Assembly: GCA_938083015.1 (NCBI GenBank) | Contig: CALKCX010000010.1 | Span: 1-56,692, forward strand | Direction: 5' to 3' | DNA from: an uncultured Candidatus Micrarchaeota archaeon | GTDB lineage: Archaea; Micrarchaeota; Micrarchaeia; Anstonellales; J096 | Length of the DNA stretch: 56,692 nucleotides | Shown here: piece after piece, positions 36,368-46,000 of the stretch | How positions within the stretch are numbered: position 1 is the first letter of the stretch | Layout of the letters: each line of letters starts with the position of its first letter | The notes under the pieces: model-generated | What the model saw: only the letters and a program-made list of their open reading frames with translations | Told to the model about the DNA's origin: nothing | Database searches by the model: none | Made by a program: the position numbers and the translations under genes

Positions 36368-39021
36368 CTTCTCTCAAAACTCTCTTTAAACTTCGAATAA
36401 ATTTGTAGTAAACTGGGGTTTACAGAAGGTTTTGATGTCGATAAAACGGTTTCTATTTCGCTTATATCAAACTTTTTACCTATTAATTCAGCTTCTAACA
36501 TCTTTCTTTTTATATTTTCACATATGTTTACTATATCGGCATGCGTATACCCATCTGTTCTTTTAGCTATAATTTCTATTATTTTCGAATCTAAAAACTT
36601 TGAAAGATGCTTTGATATCAATGCTCTTCTTATATCTAAATTAGGCAAATCTACATAGACTATCTTGTCAATTCTTCCAGGTCTAAGTAATGCAGGATCA
36701 AGTAGATTAGGTAAATTGGTAGTTGCCATAAAGAATACTCCTTTTCTATCTCCTAATCCATCTAATTCTTGAAGTAATTGTCCGACTAAAGGATTACTAC
36801 CAGTTCTTATAGGAGTTATCGTATCTATTTCATCTATAACTATTAATGCTGGTGCTCTTTCTCTAGCTAGATTAAATATTTCTTTTATCTTAGCTGCTCC
36901 TCTTTCATACCCTTCTTTCAATATCTCTGAACCAGAGATGAATATGAATGGCAATTTAAATTCTCCTGCTGTGGCCTTTAAGAAATAAGTCTTACCTGTA
37001 CCAGGTGGCCCAAATAGTAATATACCTCTTGCTGGTTTTATTCCATATTTTTCAAATATCTCTGGATTTTTAATAGCTTGTTCAATATATAATCGCATTT
37101 CACTTTTTAGTTCATCCATATCTACTACATCTGAATAGTTAAGTTTTGGTATAGATACATCGTCTTTTTGTGATTCTAATCTTCTTTCAAATTCTAACTT
37201 GAATTTCTCATAAGTTTCTAACATCGATATACTTATAGAAGGTTTTATGCTCTTTATAGCTTCCAATATATCTTGAGTAGTAATCTTTATTAATCTTCCC
37301 TGTTCTACTGCTTGATTAGCTACTTTTCTATTTACTTCTTGAACTAGATTTGCTATATCGGCACCGCTATATCTTTCTAATAAAGCAGCTATTTTATCAT
37401 AATCTATCTTATCATGAGGTAATCTTCTAAGATAATATTTCAATATCTTCTTACGCTCTTCTAAATTTGGAGGTCTCATGTATATTATCTTGTCAATTCT
37501 TCCAGGTCTAAGTAATGCAGGATCAAGTAGATGTGGTACATTGGTCGATGCAACAAAAACTATTGGTTTCTCATCTTTTATTCCATCTAATTCTTGTAAT
37601 AATGTATTTAACATTCTAGTAGTAAATTCTTCTACACCTGGTAAATCTCTTCTTTTTGCAATCATATCAATTTCATCGAAAAATAATATTACAGGTGCTT
37701 TCTTACGTGCATACTGGAAAAGTCTAGATATATTTTTCTCTGGACTTTCACCATACATTCTTCCCAACATCTCAGATGTTTTAACATATAACAAAGGATA
37801 ATCTAACTCTTTTGCAAGAGCATTCATTAACAACGTCTTACCTGTACCAGGTGGCCCAAATAGTAATATACCTCTTGCTGGTTTTATTCCATAAGCGTAT
37901 TTTAATTCAGAGCTTTTCAACGGATTAATTATAGAATTTTTCAGCTCTGCTTTCACATCTTCATAACCAGCAACATCGTCTAGTCCAGATAGGTTACTAA
38001 CACTAAGTTCGACTACAAATGGCATATCTTTAACTATAGAATACTTCTTTATCTCTACTTCTTTAGAAAAACGTATACCGGCCATATTAGATATTAATAT
38101 GATTATCACGGTCAAAATCGGATATATTATTACACCTAAACCCGGTTTATAATTTTGATATGGATAAATATAAAATAAATATACTGGTATTAATAGTAAG
38201 ACGGGCAATGCTGTTACAGCTTCATTAGGTATGTTTTTAATTCTTATAATTCCAGTCAAATAAGTAGGGAAAAACATTATAAAAGACCATATTATTATGT
38301 AAGATAATAACATATCATCGAATATACCTTTGATAATATTGCCCATTACAGCGTATATATTATTGCCAAACTCATAATGTTGTTCAAAATTAAATATATT
38401 TGCAAGTATTCTAGGTATTCCTTTTGAAAAGAATTCTAAAACCCCCAATTTATCCGTATATCTATAAGGTTCAAAGGTAAAATAACTTAGACGTTCAGAT
38501 TTTAAAAAGAATGTCGACTGCGTATCTAATACAGTAATCAATCCAAAAACTATTATTACAGACAATACTGCTAATATCATAGCTGTCCTAGATCCTATGG
38601 TGTAAGCTGATAATAAATAGGCCAATACTACCAGACCATCTAATACACTAAATGGGGGTTGAAGTAAAGGTAGAAATAACATCATAAATAATAAAAACAC
38701 GGCATTGGTATTACTCCAAAGGAAAAATATCATAATAGATAATAATAACAATCCTAAATTACCAAGTGTTGCACCAATATAGTAAAAGCCCAATACTGCC
38801 ATTAATACAGCTACCATTATTCCAAGCTTAAAGTTATAATAAGATATATAACCAGGGATTATGGCAAGTATAGGTGTTAAAATATATGGATAAGGTGGTA
38901 ATGCTAAAAGAGATATTAGAGACACGATATAAACTAAAAACGCCCTTGTATATCTCTCTTCTGTTATAATTAAGTTTATCTTCGATTTTATTATTACATC
39001 TATTGAATCCAGAGACATCAA
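36364..39021 (-). CDS. Membrane-embedded double-AAA (CDC48-like D1/D2) ATPase
   Basis: About 320-aa multi-TM N-terminus, then two AAA modules (GPPGTGKT / FFDEID and VIDEID / [14 protein letters not shown]). Confidence 0.88.
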   Translation of the reverse strand: MMSLDSIDVIIKSKINLIITEERYTRAFLVYIVSLISLLALPPYPYILTPILAIIPGYISYYNFKLGIMVAVLMAVLGFYYIGATLGNLGLLLLSIMIFFLWSNTNAVFLLFMMLFLPLLQPPFSVLDGLVVLAYLLSAYTIGSRTAMILAVLSVIIVFGLITVLDTQSTFFLKSERLSYFTFEPYRYTDKLGVLEFFSKGIPRILANIFNFEQHYEFGNNIYAVMGNIIKGIFDDMLLSYIIIWSFIMFFPTYLTGIIRIKNIPNEAVTALPVLLLIPVYLFYIYPYQNYKPGLGVIIYPILTVIIILISNMAGIRFSKEVEIKKYSIVKDMPFVVELSVSNLSGLDDVAGYEDVKAELKNSIINPLKSSELKYAYGIKPARGILLFGPPGTGKTLLMNALAKELDYPLLYVKTSEMLGRMYGESPEKNISRLFQYARKKAPVILFFDEIDMIAKRRDLPGVEEFTTRMLNTLLQELDGIKDEKPIVFVASTNVPHLLDPALLRPGRIDKIIYMRPPNLEERKKILKYYLRRLPHDKIDYDKIAALLERYSGADIANLVQEVNRKVANQAVEQGRLIKITTQDILEAIKSIKPSISISMLETYEKFKLEFERRLESQKDDVSIPKLNYSDVVDMDELKSEMRLYIEQAIKNPEIFEKYGIKPARGILLFGPPGTGKTYFLKATAGEFKLPFIFISGSEILKEGYERGAAKIKEIFNLARERAPALIVIDEIDTITPIRTGSNPLVGQLLQELDGLGDRKGVFFMATTNLPNLLDPALLRPGRIDKIVYVDLPNLDIRRALISKHLSKFLDSKIIEIIAKRTDGYTHADIVNICENIKRKMLEAELIGKKFDISEIETVLSTSKPSVNPSLLQIYSKFKESFERS
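36661..36707. repeat. 47-bp exact direct repeat, copy in AAA D2 (partner 37486-37532)
   Basis: tatcttgtcaattcttccaggtctaagtaatgcaggatcaagtagat is identical at both places. Confidence 0.9.
36989..37047. repeat. 59-bp exact direct repeat, copy in AAA D2 (partner 37835-37893)
   Basis: gtcttacctgtaccaggtggcccaaatagtaatatacctcttgctggttttattccata is identical at both places. Confidence 0.9.
37486..37532. repeat. 47-bp exact direct repeat, copy in AAA D1
   Basis: Identical to 36661-36707. Confidence 0.9.
37835..37893. repeat. 59-bp exact direct repeat, copy in AAA D1
   Basis: Identical to 36989-37047. Confidence 0.9.
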
Positions 39022-39051
39022 TAAAAAATATTAAATTAATAATAAAAACTT

Positions 39052-39960
39052 TTATCTATCTAAATCGCTTGTTGGTACATATGTTTGTAATTTCCAGACT
39101 AGATAATGGAATTTTTCTAAGTATTCTTCTAATGATAGCTTGCCTGTTTTAAAACTTCTATAAATACTATTTAAATCACGATAGAATTCTCGCCTATCTT
39201 GAATACTAGCTATTAGATTAGAATTTTGTAATAGATAATCAATAGGAAGTTCGTAATTAGTTAATCTATCTAAAAATCCTAACCAATTTGATTTCTCTAT
39301 TGTACCAAAAGATAACATTGTAACATATTTTTCCTTCTGATCCATTGTCTTAATAATTTCTCTAAATTTAGTTAACCCAATGTATATCTGTCTAAAATTT
39401 AAATAAGCTCTTCTCATTAACATTTCAAAATACTCTTTTCCTAACAAATCGTATAATTCTAATATTAAATCTTTAATATCCAAATCATTACCTCGAGATA
39501 TTATATTAGATATGGTTTTTACCATATTCCATCTACTTTGTTCAGAATCTAATTGTTTTAATAAATCACGTAATTCTTTATGTTGATATATAAATATAAT
39601 TGCATCCATCTCAGATTTGTTATTAACGTTTTTTAGCAATTCTAACATACTTTTATCTTCTTGTTCTAAGTAAACAGTCAAAAGTCTTGATACATCTCTT
39701 GGTTTCGCTCTAAAAAGTATATAAGCAGATGAAAGATTACTTAAATCAAACAACATTCTATTATTAGAATGTAATAGTAAATCTAAATTTTTAGTTCTAT
39801 CTAATAAAGATAATATTAACCAGTTAGAGTTAAAAGAGCTAGTATTAAACTTATTAGGATCTAAGTTGTTATCTATAAGAAGTTGGTCAAACTTAGTTTT
39901 AGTTCTTCTTTCTATTCTTCTTAATAAAGCTTCACGTTCCAATACAGTAGTGGGGATCAT
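39052..39960 (-). CDS. Hypothetical helical protein
   Basis: 302-aa ORF with a TTTAAA-type box at about 39980-39985; no motif recognised. Confidence 0.6.
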   Translation of the reverse strand: MIPTTVLEREALLRRIERRTKTKFDQLLIDNNLDPNKFNTSSFNSNWLILSLLDRTKNLDLLLHSNNRMLFDLSNLSSAYILFRAKPRDVSRLLTVYLEQEDKSMLELLKNVNNKSEMDAIIFIYQHKELRDLLKQLDSEQSRWNMVKTISNIISRGNDLDIKDLILELYDLLGKEYFEMLMRRAYLNFRQIYIGLTKFREIIKTMDQKEKYVTMLSFGTIEKSNWLGFLDRLTNYELPIDYLLQNSNLIASIQDRREFYRDLNSIYRSFKTGKLSLEEYLEKFHYLVWKLQTYVPTSDLDR

Positions 39961-39988
39961 ATTAATATATAAAAAATGTTTTAAAAAA

Positions 39989-41197
39989 TTAGTATTTAAC
40001 GTATATTATCTTTTCCCCTATGCCTATTATATCAGAATAGCGCAATCTTATGTTTTCTTTATAATCAGTCTGTATATCTATTCCATCTTCATCTATTCCA
40101 GTTACTATACCTAAACTTATCTTTGATCTTTTTTGAACAACCCTATAGCCTTGAATGTTTAATCCAGCTATATAAGCTTTTATATAATTCTCTAAATATT
40201 CGATAAATATTAACCCTAATGAAGCTATCATTAGACCATAAATTATTATATCGTCGAATGTTATATATATTATACTATTCGTAATAAAGTTTATCATAAG
40301 AAAAGTATTGATAAATATTATTGAAACCATAATGAAGAACTGTAAGCTTCTAATTGTTTTTACATTATCATTAGATGTTATTATCCATATGATATTTATG
40401 AATATTACTAATGCGACTATCCAATAGAATACGATTTCAAATGCTCTAAACAAAGCATATATCTCATCTTCTCCTTCAGCAATAATAGTTTGAAAAATAT
40501 TATAAGATACGGCCAATAATCCTATAAATACGACTATTCCCATTATTATAGGTATTAAAACGAACAAGTTAATCTCGTTTATTTCGAATACTTCTTTCAA
40601 AGTTTGATGAAAATTCAATCCATATATTATTAGTAAAAAACCAAATAAAGCTGTTAAAATACTTAAATTTATACCTAATAAGAGAGATATGGAAAACATC
40701 AATATTATTGCACCAGGAATGCCAAATATAAGTTTAGAATAATATGGATCTTTGAGTTTATTCATTAAAAATACATAAGTATTCTCTATTCTATTGGATT
40801 GTTTAATATTCAATCTAACTACTTGAATTATCTTAATATTTCTAGAAGCTAATATAGGTATTACATCATTTTCATCTGACAGTCCATCAGTTACAAGTAT
40901 CGCCTTATCTATACCGTATCTTTCTACTATTTTATCCAATTGTTCATTTATCTTTTTATAAGCATAAAATCCTAATCTTGGATCACCTGTAATTATGGCA
41001 ATTATCTTATCTTTTTCTTCAAGATTATCGTAAACTTCAATTGCCTTAAATATCGTATTGCCATCAGGATCTTCAGGATCGCTTAACAACATCTTGGTAC
41101 CAGCTATTTTACAATTTTCAACTCCGACTATTGGTGCTTGTATCTTTGCCTTACTTCCTAGATCATCATCTATATCGATGACAAATATACCTATCAT
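39989..41197 (-). CDS. DUF373 family membrane protein with C-terminal PRC-barrel-like extension
   Basis: VIDIDDDLGSKA...PIVG...DPEDPDGN, LVTDGLSDE...V..KQS..IE.TY. Tail IQGYRVV..SLGIVTGID...YSDIIGIGEKIIYVK. Confidence 0.8.
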   Translation of the reverse strand: MIGIFVIDIDDDLGSKAKIQAPIVGVENCKIAGTKMLLSDPEDPDGNTIFKAIEVYDNLEEKDKIIAIITGDPRLGFYAYKKINEQLDKIVERYGIDKAILVTDGLSDENDVIPILASRNIKIIQVVRLNIKQSNRIENTYVFLMNKLKDPYYSKLIFGIPGAIILMFSISLLLGINLSILTALFGFLLIIYGLNFHQTLKEVFEINEINLFVLIPIIMGIVVFIGLLAVSYNIFQTIIAEGEDEIYALFRAFEIVFYWIVALVIFINIIWIITSNDNVKTIRSLQFFIMVSIIFINTFLMINFITNSIIYITFDDIIIYGLMIASLGLIFIEYLENYIKAYIAGLNIQGYRVVQKRSKISLGIVTGIDEDGIDIQTDYKENIRLRYSDIIGIGEKIIYVKY

Positions 41198-41221
41198 TAA
41201 GAATATATTATAGAATAAAGT

Positions 41222-41227
41222 TTTAAA
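41222..41227. promoter_or_regulatory. Shared palindromic TATA box of the divergent DUF373 / argS pair
   Basis: TTTAAA lies 25-30 nt from ATG 41197 and 22-27 nt from ATG 41249. Confidence 0.55.
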
Positions 41228-41248
41228 TTATTACCACATATTTAGTTT

Positions 41249-42766
41249 ATGGAGGGATTAGAAGTAAGTAAACTTAAAGGCTATGATCTTGCTATTAACA
41301 TTAGAAAAATAGACAATATAGATAAATTGGCCAATAATCCTGATGTTGAAAAAATAGATATTATAAATGGTTACGTCAACATTAGATTAAAACAAGAATA
41401 CTATAAGAAAATAGAATTAAACACAGATAGAGAACATAAGGTAGTAGCTATAGAATACCCTTCTGTTAATCCGAATAAACCATGGCATATAGGTCATCTT
41501 AGAAATGCAATAATAGGGGAAAGTATGTATAGAATACTTAAATTAAAATACGATAAAGTAGAAAGAATAGATTATATAGATGATCTTGGATTACAAGTTG
41601 CCCAGAGTTATTGGTATTATACAAAATACGGAGTATCAAATGAACATGATAAATTTGATCACAGAGTCGGTATTGATTATGTTAAAGTCAATCAGATGTT
41701 TCAAGATAATGAACACGAGATAAGAGAGATATTAAGACAAATGGAAGAAAACAATATTGCTAGAGACTTCGTAGATAAAGTATTAGATGCCCAATTAGAG
41801 ACAGCAAAACTGTATGGAATAGGGGCAGATTACAGAATATACGAAAGCGATATAAAAAGAGATATATTTGAAGTAGGTCTAAATAAGCTAAAAGATCTAG
41901 GTTATATTGAATATATAGATAATGGTGATTTAAAAGGTACTTATGTGACAAAACTAGGTAAAAAGGTAATTATAAGAAGCGATGGTACAGCTACATATCT
42001 TGGAAAAGATATCACATTTCAAATGTGGAAAGCTGGTATAATAGATGGATTGAAGTTTATTAAAAAAGATAATACATGGTATTCTCATAACAAAGGAGAA
42101 TTTAAGAATATTAAAGCTAATATAATAATCAATGTAATTGGTATAGAACAATCTTCTCATCAGAATGAAATTAAAGAGATATTTAAACAGATTGCACCTG
42201 AAGTAAATTATCTACATCTTGCCTATCAAAGAGTTAAGTTAAAACAAGGACATTTTTCAGGAAGATCTGGAAATTGGATAGGATATACTGCCGATGATCT
42301 ATATAGAGAAGCTTTAAATAGAACAAATAATCATGATCTTGCTCTAGCATCGATAAAATTCTTTATTCTTAAACATAATCCTAAGACAGAAGTAATATTC
42401 GATTGGGATAAAGCTTTAAGTACAACAGGCGATTCTGGAGTTTATGTATTATATAGCTATGTAAGAATGCTAGGATTGGAGAGAAACGCTTTAGTTCAAC
42501 CTAATCTAGAAAGTTTAGACGATGATGATAGAGAATTACTAAAATACCTGTTGATGTACAAATCTTCTATAGATAAAGCTATAAGATATCTTGATCCTTC
42601 TGTAATCGCCGAATATGTATTAAATATTGCTGAAAGCTTTAATTCATATTATTCTAAACATAGAATATCGAATAATCCTTCTAAACTATGGGTAGTAAAC
42701 AAGATTAAGATTCTTTATGAGAAGATGTTAAACTGTCTAACCATTCCAATCGTGTCAAGTATTTAG
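41249..42766 (+). CDS. argS: Arginyl-tRNA synthetase (compact)
   Basis: EYPSVNPNKPWHIGHLRN, RSDGTATYLGKDI, FSGRSG, GDSGVYVLYSYVR, FNSYY (DALR domain). Confidence 0.93.
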   Translation: MEGLEVSKLKGYDLAINIRKIDNIDKLANNPDVEKIDIINGYVNIRLKQEYYKKIELNTDREHKVVAIEYPSVNPNKPWHIGHLRNAIIGESMYRILKLKYDKVERIDYIDDLGLQVAQSYWYYTKYGVSNEHDKFDHRVGIDYVKVNQMFQDNEHEIREILRQMEENNIARDFVDKVLDAQLETAKLYGIGADYRIYESDIKRDIFEVGLNKLKDLGYIEYIDNGDLKGTYVTKLGKKVIIRSDGTATYLGKDITFQMWKAGIIDGLKFIKKDNTWYSHNKGEFKNIKANIIINVIGIEQSSHQNEIKEIFKQIAPEVNYLHLAYQRVKLKQGHFSGRSGNWIGYTADDLYREALNRTNNHDLALASIKFFILKHNPKTEVIFDWDKALSTTGDSGVYVLYSYVRMLGLERNALVQPNLESLDDDDRELLKYLLMYKSSIDKAIRYLDPSVIAEYVLNIAESFNSYYSKHRISNNPSKLWVVNKIKILYEKMLNCLTIPIVSSI

Positions 42767-43028
42767 GAAATCTATCTAAAATAGGTCTTCCTTTTCTATA
42801 TTTTATTATACCTATCACCATATTATCTATTTCAAATATATAATTGCCATCTTTCATCTGAGGTAATTCTCTATTATTATATTGGTCTATTGATATAGAT
42901 ATTCTTCGATTGTCTTTTTTTGAAAGATCACTCATAGCATAAGCATAATTTATATTATCTAGATCTATCAATAGGCCTCTCTCTCCTATATTAAAACTTT
43001 TAAGTTCTCTACTCATCAACCTATCCAT
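42705..43028 (-). CDS. Hypothetical protein, last gene of the surface operon
   Basis: 107 aa; starts 1 nt after the stop of the 1363-aa gene; overlaps the argS 3' end. Confidence 0.5.
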   Translation of the reverse strand: MDRLMSRELKSFNIGERGLLIDLDNINYAYAMSDLSKKDNRRISISIDQYNNRELPQMKDGNYIFEIDNMVIGIIKYRKGRPILDRFPKYLTRLEWLDSLTSSHKES

Positions 43029-43029
43029 G

Positions 43030-46000
43030 TTATTCTTCGCATCTCAACACGAATCTTGAAACACACCAATCAGCATCGTATGTTTCATAGAAAACTATAT
43101 CGTATATTGGTGAAAAAGTAACTGTTCTATTTCTTTCGTTAGGGTAGATATTCCCCCAATGATAAGTACAATTATCATCTCTTATAATAGCTGCCACAGA
43201 AACATCATTTACATTTACATTATATAATACTGGTTCGCATCTACAATTACTACTAAAATCAAAAAGGCCCGATCCATAATCTTGATAACATCTTACTTCA
43301 TATATATTTTGAGTATAAGGTATAGGTATATTTTGAGTGGTATTTGTTCTTAATCTTAAGTTATTATAACCTCCTTCGGAAGCTGCACTACAATTATCTA
43401 AATTTAGACTAATACTAGTAGTATTACCAAATCCTATTGTTCGATATCCTGGTGAAACCATACAACTCTCTTGAATAATCCATGGATTCTCAAATCTACC
43501 TTCAAAAACTCCGAAACCTGATAATGTCAATGTAAAGTTTCTGTGAATACATTGCTCAGGGCTATGGGGTTCTTCATTAATTGTAAGAAGCGATATTTGT
43601 GAAGTTACAGTTCCTCGAATATTAGATATTCTACCTTCTTTATAACATGTTGCTGGTTTACAAAAACTTTCTAATCTATAGCTACAATTAGCCGGTAAGC
43701 ACATCATATTGGTTCTATTATTATATCTATATTCGACAAAATCGAACATTCTATTTCCGATTTCATCGTATATTACAGGATTTGCACCCTTTATATACTG
43801 TTTTGCAAGTTTATAAGTCAAAAACCTACCATCTGGAGCTCTTATACATATGGTTTTATCATTATAATAGTTAGACGTAGCTATTTCTAAGCTATACCTA
43901 GCAAAGTTATTTCTATTGATTAAAACATTATATGTAGGGAAAATATCACCAGTTCTTACCTGAGGTACAGGATCTGGAATACATGTTATAGGTTGATTGT
44001 ATTGCTCATCAACAACATAACTACATTCTGATCTGTTTTCTGTTTGATATAAAACTGGAAGTCTTGCAAAACTACTTAATACAGATCTAGATAATTCCAT
44101 ACTACTTGAATAAGCGTTATTTTTTAACATGAAATCCTTCATATTACCTATATGTATTCCCATTACTCCATGACCAGATAGATTATGGCTATGGTTTACC
44201 AATAAATCTACAAATTCTTTTGCATAATTACTACTTCCATTTATATATAAATAAATTGGCATGCCCCCGCTTCTTTTATTTATATCTTTTAAAACCGATA
44301 TTAGTAAATTTATATCTGGGGCATTGTTTACTGTTACTATATAAAACAATATATCTTCTTGCGGAGAAGGTTTATTATTATTTACACCAGGACAACTTAA
44401 AAGATTATTATTCGATATATCTTCAGTTCTTGTATTATAATCAGGAACATGATAACTTATATTGCCACTTCCTATATTCATATTTCTCATAGTGGTTATT
44501 AAACAAGTAGGACATATAGATTTTAGTGTATTATAAGAATTACTTTCACCAAAAATACCCCCACCAAATAATGGATTACTTCTAACTAATATTACGCTAC
44601 CTATAGGAGATGCAGAATATTTTATAAATGGTCTAGGTATTCTCTCATTAGCTAGTATAAACACATCTACTTCACGTAATACTTTTTTAAGATAATCAAT
44701 AGGCACGTAATCTATGAACATTATAACTTGTCTTCCTTCCATCAAGTATTTAGTAACATCTCTTGTAAATGGGTAATGCTTATAAAGTCCATATTGATAA
44801 TCTCTTCTAATTACGAAAAGCAGTTCTCCATCAAGACTTCTATTCATAGCTACTGTACCTTGATAACAACCTATTAATCTACCAAAATCATCAAAGGCAA
44901 AACTAGCGTATTCGTATTTTTGCTTTGACGGACTAGAATATGTATATGTTCCTCCATAATTCGTATCTGGTTTTGCACAAGCATATTTAGCAATTTTTAT
45001 ATTATCCGTACTCTTACCACTATATTCTATTTGATTAGGCATGTTAAATAAAGTTACAGCTATAGAGTTTAAAGAAGGATTAGGGGGCACAGGTAGTCCA
45101 AATATTCTAATATCTAAATCTAAAAACTCTTGCGTAGTATTATTTACAGTCTTATTAACTCTTATACCTTTACAATCTCCATAATTACCATTACCATCCT
45201 CTATTAATATAACTACTTTTTTCAAATAAGTAATATCATCAAATTGAAATTCGTATCTTTTAAATGTAATATTCCACAATTCTTCATTTCTATTAGGACA
45301 ACCAGCTCCACCAGTTATGGCGTCACAAACTAAAATTTCATTATTGTTTCCACTAAAACAAGCTTTTTTCAATGTATAATTGTTAAAATCTAAATTATCA
45401 TTAACTGGAATAACTACCGCGTTTCTACCTTTAAACTTTATTGTCTTTCTAGGTATAAACTCAGGACTTTCAAATACATTGGTACGATTGTAAGTAAGAC
45501 TAGGCTTTACTTCAGAACCTACTTTTAAATTAAGCATAGGTCCTTGATAATTATAGTATGCATAACATGTTACAGGATCACACCAACAATCCAAAGATTG
45601 ATTATTTGAAGCATTTATACAAGTATACCTAGCATAGTATTCTACAGAACAAGTACCACCACTTGAACTATAATCTTCATAAATACATTCAAAAGGAAGA
45701 CCTGTAAAATTGTAATATCTATTCATATATCTATCAAATCTCTGGATAAGGGGTCTTGATGTATTATCTGGACTAAAACCAAATCTTTGATAGTATCTTT
45801 TAGCTATCTCTTGCATAATATACATTGGGTATTCCTCTTCTATAAATATTTCAGATAATGTCATGTTAAACGTCAGAGTTGTAGTAATTCTAGAAGAAGT
45901 GCAAAACGTAATTAAAAATCCTCCTTGACTATATTTGGTCAAGTTTAAATCTTGAAGTTTTAAAATAAAATTATATTTTACTCTATATATGTTTTTACCA

